64,000 nt of DNA from Octopus bimaculoides (lineage: Eukaryota). Positions 37,995 to 51,109 of this stretch are shown piece after piece. Location of the stretch: the NCBI RefSeq assembly GCF_001194135.2, contig NC_068993.1:59696817-59760816 (forward strand), written 5' to 3'. The notes under the pieces were generated by a model that saw nothing but the letters and a program-made list of their open reading frames with translations, was not told the origin of the DNA and searched no databases. Numbering within the stretch: position 1 is the first letter of the stretch; each line of letters opens with the position of its first letter. The position numbers and the translations under genes are program-made.

Positions 37995-38677
37995 GCAACG
38001 ACAATTGCTTTGCATATACCGTTGCATTGGCCATATTTGGATGTCGACGGCAACTGTTATAGACAAAATTTCCCGTGCGCATGCGCAGTTGTAAGCTGCA
38101 TCAGTCAAGTGAGGTTTGCTCAGCAGCCAGCAGACTATTGGTTTGCCGTTGATGAACAGATTTTCAGTTATGGCTGTTCCTTCATATATTATTAATGCTT
38201 GTCTATGATTAGATGGAGTTCACGTCCTGTTGTATTTTAAGAGACTTCTCATAACGTGTTCAACAATTTTATAGACAGCGTGCATTTACTTCATGGTGTG
38301 ATGCCTGTTGTATTTAATGTGTTGAATCTCTCTATATATTGTTCTGTACCTTAGTCAAAATGACTTGTTTGTACGTACGTTTTCTTGAAATAATTAGAAT
38401 ATTAGTCTTGTGAAATATGCTAATGGCATCATAAAACGCAAAGATCTATAAACAGAAAAAAGAACCAAGAAACGAAATGAGTCCGGCTGTTAGTCAACGA
38501 GTGTGTGACCCTCCTTGACTGCTCAACCTGTTAGAAACTACACCTTAATCACCATCAAAAGCACTCCACAATGATTTTTGCGTTGACCAAAGAATTACTG
38601 TAGCTTGATATATGTTGTAATGGCGAACACGGAAAACCTTTCTTCCTAACAAAGAGCAGACTTGGGACTAATCAACG

Positions 38678-38717
<40 letters not shown>

Positions 38718-40242
38718 NNNNNNNNNNNNNNNNNNNNNNNNNNNNNNNNNNNNNNNNNNNNNNNNNNNNNNNNNNNNNNNNNNNNNNNNNNNNNNNNNNN
38801 NNNNNNNNNNNNNNNNNNNNNNNNNNNNNNNNNNNNNNNNNNNNNNNNNNNNNNNNNNNNNNNNNNNNNNNNNNNNNNNNNNNNNNNNNNNNNNNNNNNN
38901 NNNNNNNNNNNNNNNNNNNNNNNAACATATATACATACATACATACATACACACATAAATGCGTATACAGAAGCACACACGCATATACACTCATATGCGT
39001 GCGCGTACAGAAATGCTAACTATCTATAAGCGTTATCTTCACGCTCACATAAATTCATGCTTGAGCAAGTGTCACACGTGACGGTCGTACATGCATCAAA
39101 TCTCATATTTCTATGCAATCGATGTTGTGCAACAGAAGAACAGTTTCAAAAGTGCTTGGCTTCAGTGCATCGTAGGAGAATTCAGAATGAATATGATTGG
39201 TGCTCTGTTATTCTTTGGTCCTATTTTATTGCTCTTCTATCAGAAAGTATGGATGGGGTCGGATGATTAGCATTTCTGTGTGTATCACCGTTGCATATAT
39301 GTATACCAGCAACTACGCACGTGTTTTTATATACGTAAGTTTGTATTTATGTGTGCAGGTGTATGTTATTGTACCTAAATATAAACTTATTAATGTAAAT
39401 GTCTATTGTCTATATGAATCTATACGTTTATGCGGTTTCTCGGGAAAACAATTTTAATTTATGGAAAATGGTGCAAGAATCCTCGGGACCGGATTTCAGC
39501 TGACATACATGAATTTCCTTAATATATATAAAATATATATATTCTATAAGTGTGTGTGTGTGTGTGGGTGTTGAATCTATGCACTTCTGTGTATTAATGC
39601 GTGTGAATGTATGTGTATGAATCAATACCACTGCTATTATGCAAAAGTATCGTAAGTCCAAAACGTTGCTTGTTCAGGAAACAAAAAAACAGTTTCACCG
39701 TTCCATTTCTTTTTACATTAGCAACTGTTTCAGCTTAACGATAATACTTTGTTGGGGGGCATAAAATCATAACTCCATACATATATGATATTTCCAGTCA
39801 GAAGTATTTTTTTTACAAAACTGTCGTATGTGGGACTTACTTCACTTTTGAAAAATGCTAAACCGTTGTACTACACTTTGACAATTTTCGTATCTTAGAA
39901 TCTGAAGCAGCTGGAGATACGAGTCGCTTATTGCAAGCAAAATTAAATATTGAGAAACAAAAAACGGATCTGGCCAAATTTGAACATACGACAGTTTGAC
40001 ATATGTGTTTAAGATTGTGGTTATCTTTAGTTACAGTCGTGGAACCATTGCCTCCACATGAACACCCACGTGACATGTCTTATTCAAGCCTTCCTTCTTT
40101 TCTTTCTTTATTTCATTCATGCCTTCTTTATCCCCCCCCCCACTCATCGCAAAAAAAATCTCCCACTGACAGTTTCTTCTGTTTCGTTGGATCGAATCGA
40201 ACTTGGAATTTTGTTGCGCAATTAAAAAATTTTTCTTTAATA

Positions 40243-40453
40243 AGGATGCGAGCTGGCAGAATCGTTAGTGCGCCGGACAAAATGCTTCACTGTATTTCGT
40301 CCGTCTTAATGTTCCGAGTTCAAATTCCGTCGAGGTCGACTTTACCTTTTCGAGGTCGATAAAATAGGTACCAGTTGAGAACTGGGGTCGATATAATCGC
40401 TTTTCCGACTCCTCAGCTTTGCTGGCCTTGAGTCAAAATAAGAAAGGATTATT
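40243..40453 (+). mobile_element. SINE family B, near full length
   Basis: gcgagctggcagaatcgttag (A box), gagttcaaattcc (B box), gaggtcgataaaataggtaccagttgagaactggggtcgatataatcg. Confidence 0.92.
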
Positions 40454-40482
40454 TTAAGCAATATTTTTCATGATCGTCAGCC

Positions 40483-40975
40483 ACTACGACGACCACCACA
40501 ACCATCACCACCACCATCACCATCATTATCCCCAAAATCACTAAACTACCAATCACTAAGTGAATACTGCAATCCTCCTACTTCACTGCCACCACCATCA
40601 CCGCCACCACCACCACCACCACCACCACCACCATGGCAGCAGCACCATCACTTTATCATATCAGCCTCCCCACCACCATCACCGCCATGCTGCACATCCT
40701 CACAACCATGAATACCAATATCACACTGCCAACACCAACGACATCTGCAACACGAAGAGCAACAGTTCCAACAGAACGTGACCATTACTCCCACCACTAC
40801 CACCATCTCCACCACCATTCCCAACATGCATGGTCACCATCATTATCTGTAACAACTACTCTGCCGCAATTAATGGTACCACCATAATTATCACACCCCC
40901 AGAGACACTACCATCATCACCACCAGCATTATCATAATCCCCGTCACCAACACTAACACCATCGCCTCAACCAAC
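40483..40975. repeat. Degenerate (ACC)n tract
   Basis: Direct; source of poly-His ORFs. Confidence 0.88.
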
Positions 40976-41214
40976 TGTGCCACCAAAGACTTCTCCCCAC
41001 CCAGAGTTACCCTTAATATTTCCTTGGCTCTCGGGCGACACAGCCGTGCGACATAATATGGAAAACTTGGTAAAGATATTTCCGTATAAAATATTCAAAA
41101 AAATTATTGATAAAACCATTAAAAATTTAACATCAACATGGCGGAATGTTCTATGTTAACAGCAGCAAATTCACGTTAGACTACATACTATCTCTCTCTC
41201 TCTCTCTCTTTCTC

Positions 41215-41250
<36 letters not shown>

Positions 41251-41260
41251 NNNNNNNNNN

Positions 41261-41317
<57 letters not shown>

Positions 41318-41667
41318 CTGCCTGTCTGTTTGTATTTCTGTCTGTCTGTCAATGTATCTCTATTAATATTTCTTTCTTCTTCAGAGCAAATGCTGAAACA
41401 GCAGTGACAACAACAACAACACCAACAACAACTGAAACAACAATGACTGACAGCAGAACAAACCCCCCCCCCCCAAAAAAAAAACCACATTCGACAACAG
41501 CTGTATCAGTAACAATAATCATGATAATTGCAAAAGGTATGGTAACTAAACATAATTAATTGCAACAACAATTACCATCTCAATATTACCATTATCATAT
41601 GAATAACAACAGTATTGATATTCATTGCATGCATATATACATATATATATATATGTATATATATAAA

Positions 41668-41941
41668 GGAATACAAAAAATGGGACAAGAACGCAAGACA
41701 TCCAGACAGATGATACAAAAATGGGACAAGAAAAAACAACGATGGGTCATTCGGAATTTTTTTTTCCTCAGTCGAGTTCCAGATTATCTTTGCAATTTAA
41801 CCAGCCAAAATTGCAAAGGTAACCTGGAACTCGACTGACGAGAGAAAACTCCGAATGACCCATCCTTGTTTTTTCTTGTCCCTTTTTCGTATCATCTAAC
41901 TGTCTGGATGTTTTGCGTTCTTGTCCCATTTTTTGTATTCC
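41668..41941. mobile_element. Foldback/MITE-like element made almost entirely of long inverted repeats
   Basis: Left arm 41668-41798 (ggaatacaaaaaatgggacaagaacgc..ctttgcaattt) and right arm 41808-41941 (aaattgcaaag..gcgttcttgtcccattttttgtattcc) are near-perfect reverse complements around a 9-nt spacer. Sits in (TA)n. Confidence 0.85.
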
Positions 41942-41999
41942 TTTTTATATACATATATATACATATAGCGGCGCACGTACACTTTGCTCTCTTATATGT

Positions 42000-42034
<35 letters not shown>

Positions 42035-42044
42035 NNNNNNNNNN

Positions 42045-42109
<65 letters not shown>

Positions 42110-43327
42110 AGATAGATAGATAGATATACATGCAGACACACAAACACATATATACATAAATGCCTACACATATGCATGCATTTGTATACACACACACACA
42201 CACACACATATATATATGTGCGTGTGTGTGTGTGCGAGTGAATGTGGTTTTGGAAAATAAAATGCTAACACGTTTGTAAAAATTACTCATTGAAGTACTC
42301 AATAACTGAACATAACTGAAACTTGACAATTGTTACTCAGAGTCCCAACTTTCGGTTCCTCAGACTATTATAACTGTTGTAATGATTGAATGTAATATCC
42401 TCATATTTGAAAAGCAATCAAACGAGGACATAACTTAGTTGATAGACGGCGCTTAATTAATATTAGGTTTATGGATACCCGATGATCAACGTAGATTATG
42501 TGTTTCTAATTATTGTACCACACATATTAATAAATTAGTTTATATTTATTTAATACACGTGTTTCTGTCTTCGTAAACTGCATGTAATGTCAAGGGAAGT
42601 AACTTAAAACTTTCTCCTATTCTCTTTAATTATCTCGTATCAACTTTAATATTCTCACTCACTTATACTCTCATTCTCTCATTTCTCTCGCTTTCTCTCT
42701 CATTCTTTCTATCTTTCTCAAACTCTGTATCTTTCTCCATTTCCAATTATAATGTCACCGCCAGCGTTTCCACCACCATTGCTACCATAACAGCGAATGC
42801 TTTCTTATGTGTGTATCTATTAATACGTGTGAAGGTGTGTATTTGTTGGGATTAGCGTTTACGTACGAGTGCGAATCTAGCAGGAAAATGTTTGTCAAAC
42901 TATCGAGAAGGAAAGGACAGGATATTAATGATCGACAAAGGTAATGTTTATGGCTAACACTGGTACTGCAAAAAGAATCTGTGGAGTTTCCTGAGTCACT
43001 GCTATTACATATTTAGATTTAAATCATTGTCTTTTGCAACCTCCGCGTCAACGTCGCAAATAGCAAAGAAACGGATTCGAATTTTCATTCTTAGAAAATC
43101 TCTACTCGTCCCGTTTAAAATCTTTTCAAATATATTGCAACATGTGTCAGCAAAGAAAAGAAAACCACTCCTAATAATAATCTATGATTGAGGTTGTTTT
43201 CGTCTTGGAAGAGCGTCACATTCCATGGTTTCTTTCTTAGATAAACAAAGTTAACTAACAGTCTTCAATATCACCTGAATGTCTCACACACATACACACA
43301 CACACACACAAATGTATATATAAATAT

Positions 43328-43703
43328 GAGGAGGAGGAGGAGGAGGAGGAATAGGAGGAAGAGGAGAAGACACCCTTCGGTCATGGATGACCATGAGATT
43401 GCACTTAGAAAGTTACCCTCCGAGGCACAAGTCCGGGCAAGGTTGTATATGGAAGACCAGCAGTCGCCCATGCAAACCAGCCTCTCCTATCCACACTACT
43501 GATGTTATCCAAGGGAAAGGCAAAGGGGCCGATACAGTTTGGCACCAGTGACGGCGCAACCCATTTCTACAGCTGAGTCAACTGGAGCAACGTGAAATAA
43601 AGTGTCTTGCTCAAGAACAAAACACGCAGCCTGGTCCGGGAATCGAACTCACAACCTCACGATCCTAAGCTCGACGCTCTAACCACTGAGCCATGCTCCT
43701 TCA
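43328..43703 (-). mobile_element. tRNA-derived SINE family C, full length, probable RTE-like tail
   Basis: Minus head gaaggagcatggctcagtggttagagcg..gtgagttcgattcc resembles tRNA-Arg; central ttcttgagcaagacacttta..cagctgtagaaatggg is CORE-like; tail ends in (CTC/TTC)n. Consistent with octopus OR-type CORE-SINEs, but the assignment is unverified. Confidence 0.9.
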
Positions 43704-44029
43704 ACCCCCCNNNNNNNNNNCCCACACACACACGACTTTATATTTGACAAACACCCATCGCCTCCTGTACATGGGGTGAAAATTAACAAATAAATATATG
43801 TGAAGATATTATAAGACATAGTAACTGAGGTGGCTAAATTGTGATTTCAGTTTCTGCAATTAGCCTCTGTTGCTGTTATTATTTTTGTTGTTGTTGTCGT
43901 CATTGTCGTTGTGGTTGTTATAGTTGTTGCTATTGTTGTCGCTGTTGTTTTCGTTTAACCATAATCCAGCAGCTGCTACTATTTTTTGTAAATTTAGTGC
44001 ATTTTCCTAATGTCTCATTCTTTTATTAA

Positions 44030-44175
44030 GGCGTCAGTGTGTGACTGGAGAAAGATTCGGCTGCTATTTCTAGAAATTTTAGCGACCACGTAGAGGTTCT
44101 CTCGTTGATGTTCTGAAAAAGTGTGAATGCCACAACTTCACATTGCTCTGCGACAAGAAACTGATGTAAGTAAAA
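44030..44175 (-). mobile_element. Family H fragment
   Basis: ggctgctatttctag..agcgaccacgtagaggttc is the reverse complement of the 5380-5420 motif. Confidence 0.55.
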
Positions 44176-45163
44176 AGAATACAGACATGCAGTTATATTC
44201 GTGATTGAGTGGCATTTAGCCGAATTATTTCCAAGACTTTGTTGGAATCGAACTCTTGTCCTCATGACTACAAACATCTATTGGTCAGCATAGGAACAAT
44301 CAATAGTTATAAAGTGCCATGGAAATTATATTTTGATTAACTTCAAATGTTTGTTTCGATGCCAAAACCAGCCTATGTGTCTGTGTATATACTTGTAACT
44401 AACAGGCAAAATATCTGTACTTTGATGTATGTGAGTGTACGCGCGTGTGTGTGGTGTGTGTGTGTGCGTGTGGTTTTACACACTCATGGTGTGTGAATGT
44501 GTGATAGTGGCGAGGTCGGGAAGAGAAAGAGAGAGGGAGAGCGAGGATTATATCAATAGCAAGTCTATTAATTTGCTTAATAGTTTCGACTGCGACTCTC
44601 GCTATGTTTGCTTTGCCGTTTTCCTATTTCATTTCATCGCTGATCTATGCTAGCACTTGGCTATGCATGACCACCAATTTAGCTTCTGCCTTTAATTCCG
44701 CTTCTTTACAGCAATCATCCGGACAACGCTTGTTACTGTATGTGATTCACTAGTATTGCTAATTCTACTTACCGAATCACACGCACAGTTATAAAAACCC
44801 GACTGACAATCCGTGGCATTAATTACACATAGAGCTTTAATCAAATCCCCAATCAATGTCGTGCTATTACTTTATACTTCTCTCCATCCACTCTCCTTGA
44901 CCACCTCGTCTTCATCCTTCTTCTTCTTCTTCTTCTTCTTCTCCTCCCCCTCCTTTCAGAAAAAGGCCACCACCGCTGCCGCTGCCGCTGCNNNNNNNNN
45001 NTCTCCTCCCCCTCCTTTCAGAAAAAGGCCACCACCGCTGCCGCTGCCGCTGCCGCTGCCGCTGCTGCTGCTGCTGCTGGTGGTCTTGGTGAAAGGAGAG
45101 ATGGAAAGTAATGGAGGTCGGAGGGCAATTGGGCGGGCGTATAATCATGTAATGTGTCGCGTG

Positions 45164-45195
<32 letters not shown>

Positions 45196-45253
45196 TGTAT
45201 GTATGTATATGCATATATATGTATATATATGCGTATTTGCGTGCGTGAGTGTG

Positions 45254-45298
<45 letters not shown>

Positions 45299-45978
45299 TG
45301 ATGTATATGTCGATATAGGGTGGATTCTTCTCATCTGGCGTGAATGTCGTAAAAATCGAAGAAATCGTCCCCAATGGGTTTATCAACATGACGTTCCATC
45401 TTGTGTGGTTCTATTCTTTGTGAACATCACCAACCTCATTACGAAGCCAGAGCAAACGAGCGACAAAGAGAGGGAGGGAGGGAGAGAGGAAGAGAGAGAG
45501 AGATAGAGAGAGAAGAAGTAGTGGAGAGAGAAGGAAGGAAGAGAGAGAGAGAGATGTTTACTCGTTATGAGAACTTCATGGCTAATTTCATTGAAAGTTG
45601 ATAAGACAGAGTTCATTCATTGATGCGGTGAACATGTTTATTGTCATCTCAATTCTCAGTTATTAGAAAACGATTCAGTGAAAATGGTGGAATATTTTTT
45701 CAATATGACAATGATATTCGCTCGAGCTGTTTTAACATTTCATATTCCAATGCATAACAACATGTATTTTATTTAGTAATGAGTCTTTGGGTCTTTGGTC
45801 TCTCAAGTGTAAAGTCTGCAGAAACCAGCAATTTACATGTCTCACACGGTTCCAGTGTATTCATAGTGCGACAGTGTCGCAAGTGTATCAACATCACAAA
45901 CGCCCATGTGAAAGATTCTATGCGGTTGCCTGAATTTGCTAGAAATAGCAACCAAAGTTCAATCAAGTCATACTCTAA

Positions 45979-46316
45979 CGTAGGAGTGGCTGTGTGGTAA
46001 GTAGCTTGCTTACCAAGCACATGGTTCCGGGTTCAGTCCCACTGCGTGGCACCTTGGGAAGGAAACTGAAAGAAGCCCGTCGTATATATATATATATATA
46101 TCTATATGTGTGTGTGTGTGTTTGTGTCTGTGTTTGTCCCNNNNNNNNNNCGTCCCCGTAACTTAGCGGTTCAGCAAAAAGAGACCGATAGAATAAGTAC
46201 TAGGCTTACAAAGAATAAATCCTGGGGTCGATTTTTTTCGACTAAAGGCGGTGTTCCAGCATGGCCGCAGTCAAATGACTGAAACAAGTAAAGAGTATAA
46301 AGAGTATAAGAGTATA
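45979..46316 (+). mobile_element. SINE family A, full span, with ~57-bp internal deletion
   Basis: The head is nearly identical to the 6790 copy. ccttggg is joined almost directly to ggaaactgaaag. The 3' end has an (aagagtat)n tail. Confidence 0.92.
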
Positions 46317-46472
46317 ATGATACAGATATGCATTAGACTATGAAACTCCTGATATCTTTTACTGTAATATAAAAAAAAAAACTAGGAACTTATGGTTTGT
46401 GATCAGATATCGTTATTCATTGCTTGTCACGGTGCGCTTTGCATCGTATTTTTAACATCCGAATGATGCTAT

Positions 46473-46670
46473 GCCACTGGCTACATGAGCAAGCCAGTAT
46501 TACCGTTGATTGGAAGGCTATTCTGTCACAAGGTTACCCCCCCTGACAACTGAGTGGACTGGGGCAACTTGGAATGAAGTGTTTTGCTCAAGAACATAAT
46601 GCGCTGCCCAATCCGGAAATCGAACCCTTGATATAGCGATCGTGAGTGAAACACCAATAACCACTATACC
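46473..46670 (-). mobile_element. C-type SINE head with a third (E-type) tail
   Basis: ttttgctcaagaacataatgcg..aatcgaaccc..gcgatcgtgagtg..aaccact is the C/D head; the downstream part (aaggctattctgtcacaaggttacccc) differs from both other tails. Confidence 0.75.
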
Positions 46671-46758
46671 GAAAGCTGGAAGGATGACATGATTAGAATG
46701 TCATTACACACGAAAAATGTTCCTCTCAGCAAAGGTTTATTATCATTAAAGATGGCAA

Positions 46759-46952
46759 AGGCAGCGAGCTGGCAGAATCGTCAGCTCACTGAACGAAATG
46801 CTTTGTGGTATTTCGTCTGTCTTCAGGTTCTGAGTTCAAATACCACCGGGGTCGACTTTGCCTTTCATCCTTTTGATGTCGATAAATTACGTACCAGATA
46901 CGCACTGGGGTTGATGTAATCGACTTAACCCCTTCTCCCAAATTTGAGGCCT
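46759..46952 (+). mobile_element. SINE family B, near full length
   Basis: gcgagctggcagaatcg..gagttcaaatacc..ggggtcgactttgcctttcatcc..ctggggttgatgtaatcgactt. Confidence 0.92.
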
Positions 46953-47173
46953 CCCTTCTCCACGTAACCCAGGAACGGGTGTTTTTTGCTTCCAGGGGGC
47001 CCGTTACTCAATATGTGGAAGGTTTTAAAAGTCTAAAACTATCTGTGGAACGTAAGTAGTGTAAGTAGTGTACATAGCTGAAAAATACGGCCGTTATAAT
47101 CTTTTCCACACAGACACACACATACAGGCAGAACGGGATTTCTATTATATATATATATATATATATATATAGA
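46953..47173 (-). mobile_element. Possible non-autonomous Helitron 5' end
   Basis: Minus strand begins A|TCTATATATA..ATAATAGAAAT then TGTGTGTGTCTGTG, the usual layout of Helitron-N 5' ends. The tacggccg motif also occurs at about 2865. No 3' CTRR found. Confidence 0.35.
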
Positions 47174-48493
47174 TATATATATACATATATGCCTATNNNN
47201 NNNNNNNNNNNNNNNNNNNNNNNNNNNNNNNNNNNNNNNNNNNNNNNNNNNNNNNNNNNNNNNNNNNNNNNNNNNNNNNNNNNNNNNNNNNNNNNNNNNN
47301 NNNNNNNNNNNNNNNNNNNNNNNNNNNNNNNNNNNNNNNNNNNNNNNNNNNNNNNNNNNNNNNNNNNNNNNNNNNNNNNNNNNNNNNNNNNNNNNNNNNN
47401 NNNNNNNNNNNNNNNNNNNNNNNNNNNNNNNNNNNNNNNNNNNNNNNNNNNNNNNNNNNNNNNNNNNNNNNNNNNNNNNNNNNNNNNNNNNNNNNNNNNN
47501 NNNNNNNNNNNNNNNNNNNNNNNNNNNNNNNNNNNNNNNNNNNNNNNNNNNNNNNNNNNNNTGTGTGTGTGTGTGCGCGCGTGTATACACATATATGCGT
47601 GAGTGTATATATAAAAACTTATATATATAGACCGTTTCTCTTTTTCTTATACTACATACCATTATAGTCAAATTTACCATTCTTTTTCTTCATCATATTA
47701 CATGTCTGTGAGTATCACTCCTTCATCTGACATCCTAATGGAAAATATAAGAAATAATTACCATCATCATCATTAGCAGCATAATCATCATTATAATCTC
47801 CAATCATTATCATCATTATCGTCATCTTGGTGTCCAGTATATGCTTCAACGTGACAGATGACAGTCCATGATGAGAGGACAGTGGAGTGTCTATTGCAAC
47901 TCAGAGGCACCGGAAGGACAATGCCTGCGGTGGAAGCGGTTTCTGTTTACTTTTCACACGACTAAAACTGTGCGTTTGTTGAAAGTGGGAGACCATTTAT
48001 TTCAAATTAGCCCCTAAAAGGCTGTGCACTGCATACGCACACACACATGCACACATACAAGGACACACAATGACACAAACATACACACACACACACACAC
48101 GCACACAAAGATACTCATATATACATGTACGCATGTATGCACATATAGGTATGTGTGTATACATATATATGTGTGTATGTATAAATATATACATACATAC
48201 ATACATATATATATATATTTNNNNNNNNNNNNNNNNNNNNNNNNNNNNNNNNNNNNNNNNNNNNNNNNNNNNNNNNNNNNNNNNNNNNNNNNNNNNNNNN
48301 NNNNNNNNNNNNNNNNNNNNNNNNNNNNNNNNNNNNNNNNNNNNNNNNNNNNNNNNNNNNNNNNNNNNNNNNNNNNNNNNNNNNNNNNNNNNNNNNNNNN
48401 NNNNNNNNNNNNNNNNNNNNNNNNNNNNNNNNNNNNNNNNNNNNNNNNNNNNNNNNNNNNNNNNNNNNNNNNNNNNNNNNNNNNNNNNNNNNN

Positions 48494-48532
<39 letters not shown>

Positions 48533-48733
48533 GCATGTGTGTGTGTGTATGTGCATGTGTACATGCATAAACACTCTCATTCACACGGATAATAGCTATA
48601 TGTGGACAGCACGCGTTACACGCATTTTCGTATTTTTCAGAAGTAATCGAATCAACGGCGAACGGCGCGTTCGGAATGTCGTTACGTCGTTTATTATTGC
48701 ACTTCACTGCTGCAGCTGTTTTCTTGTACTCAC

Positions 48734-48748
48734 GCCACCAGGGGGCGA
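48734..48748 (+). promoter_or_regulatory. CTCF consensus motif
   Basis: GCCACCAGGGGGCGA matches the CCASYAGRKGGCR core, inside a locally CpG-rich unique stretch. Motif match only. Confidence 0.4.
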
Positions 48749-49688
48749 TCGATGTATGTGCGACGATATGAATTTTAAAAAATTAATCAAAGAAGATACC
48801 TTCACAAGTCCCAAGCGGTTGGCGTGTTCGATTTGTGACGTCACCATCTGTTTATTGGTAGCATTGAGACCATGCTACATGCATCATTCATGTTCTGCTA
48901 ACTGATAACCCCATCAGAGAACCGATCACACATCCTGCGTTCATTTCTTGCCTTGCTTTTGACGACACACTATTCCTTACTCCTACAGCTTCACATTCTC
49001 TCTCTACATCATTCATTTAATGTTCTCTTACTAATGTCTTTTACGAGTCTCTTGCCTAAAACGCTACTAATTTCCATTAATTTCCATTATATATTTGAAT
49101 TTATGTATGTGTGAATATATGTATGTGTTTATATATATATATATATATAATATATATTTATATCTACACATTTAACGACATATATATATAAACACACACA
49201 TTCTTTTTACAGAGTTTAGTATTATTCCATACTACAGATACATTTCACTATCATTTATCCTTTCTTTTTATGTTATTATATAACAATCATCTATATCTAA
49301 ACATACATACAGTATTACAAGTTGGTATAAATACGTATATGTAATATAACACACACACACACACACACATATGTATATACACATGCAAATGTGTGTGTGT
49401 GTGCATATATATATACGTGTGTGTGTGTGTGTGTGTTCAGTTATAATTAAAACAATTTTATTAATCTAATGGGTTACTCTAGACTTTTGTAGACTACAAA
49501 TTTGTTACCCTTGAACAAGAATATTATTGACAGTGACTTCGAAGCCATCGTCGGGCTGTGATGCATTAGAGTTAACCTTCACTTTATAAAGTTTCTTTGC
49601 GATTGAAATCTTCCTTGGGTGTGTGGGTTGGAATGAGGTGGTGATTAGGTTTTAGGGAGGGTTCTTTTGGAGAAAGCTTTTGGATCAA

Positions 49689-49733
<45 letters not shown>

Positions 49734-50164
49734 TGTTGAAGAAGATGAAGTGTTTAGCTCACTTGTGATCTAAACGAATAGGTATGCTGGGTAAATGCCA
49801 TAGTAGGTCCACCGTTCGGTTCCAAGATCACAGCTAAGACTGGATCTATGGATAAGTGCTAGGGTTCCGATATAGCAGGTATATATTATATTATAGGAAA
49901 AATAAAGACCAAAGCAGAATTTGAGATACTTGTATGTATGTATCCATTTCCGCATTCTAAAATATGTTTGCAGGAATGTTATGAGAATACTTAATATGTG
50001 TGTGTATATGGTGTGTGTATGTATGTGTGTGTGTGCGTGTGCGAGTGTGTGTTTGTGTGTGTGAGTGAGTGTGTGTATGTAATTCAACATATTTATGCGA
50101 TGTTGCGTATGTATATGTATATATATACATATATACATATATTTATATATATATATTTATATAT

Positions 50165-50352
50165 GTTGTTGGCACTCCATCGCTTACGACGTCGAGGGTT
50201 CCAGTCAATCCGATCAACGGAACAGCCTGCTCGTGAAATTAACGTGCAAGTGGCTGAGCACTCCACAGACACGTGTACCCTTAACGTAGTTCTCGGGGAT
50301 ATTCAGCGTGACACAGTGTGACAAGGCTGACCCTTTGAATTACAGGTACAAC
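50165..50352 (-). mobile_element. SINE family F, 3' part
   Basis: gtgaaattaacgtgcaagtggctgagcactccacagacacg..gacaaggctgaccctttgaattacaggtacaac, shared with 56915-57030; (AAC)-type tail at 50165. Confidence 0.85.
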
Positions 50353-51109
50353 AGACACAGAAAGTANNNNNNNNNNNNNNNNNNNNNNNNNNNNNNNNNN
50401 NNNNNNNNNNNNNNNNNNNNNNNNNNNNNNNNNNNNNNNNNNNNNNNNNNNNNNNNNNNNNNNNNNNNNNNNNNNNNNNNNNNNNNNNNNNNNNNNNNNN
50501 NNNNNNNNNNNNNNNNNNNNNNNNNNNNNNNNNNNNNNNNNNNNNNNNNNNNNNNNNNNNNNNNNNNNNNNNNNNNNNNNNNNNNNNNNNNNNNNNNNNN
50601 NNNNNNNNNNNNNNNNNNNNNNNNNNNNNNNNNNNNNNNNNNNNNNNNNNNNNNNNNNNNNNNNNNNNNNNNNNNNNNNNNNNNNNNNNNNNNNNNNNNN
50701 NNNNNNNNNNNNNNNNNNNNNNNNNNNNNNNNNNNNNNNNNNNNNNNNNNNNNNNNNNNNNNNNNNNNNNNNNNNNNNNNNNNNNNNNNNNNNNNNNNNN
50801 NNNNNNNNNNNNNNNNNNNNNNNNNNNNNNNNNNNNNNNNNNNNNNNNNNNNNNNNNNNNNNNNNNNNNNNNNNNNNNNNNNNNNNNNNNNNNNNNNNNN
50901 NNNNNNNNNNNNNNNNNNNNNNNNNNNNNNNNNNNNNNNNNNNNNNNNNNNNNNNNNNNNNNNNNNNNNNNNNNNNNNNNNNNNNNNNNNNNNNNNNNNN
51001 NNNNNNNNNNNNNNNNNNNNNNNNNNNNNNNNNNNNTATGATGATGTCAGTGTTGAGACTAAGTTTCTTTGTGGATAGGAAGATTTGTGTTAACGACGAC
51101 AACAACGCT

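Noticed and set aside
41835-41856. CTGACGA-GAG-AAAA-CTC-CGAA, hammerhead-like
   Set aside because: Lacks GAAA in register and a NUH/stem I, and lies in one arm of the foldback element whose mirror arm differs there.
44940-45053. Exact 52-bp direct repeat either side of a 10-N gap
   Set aside because: Typical unmerged contig overlap, an assembly artefact.
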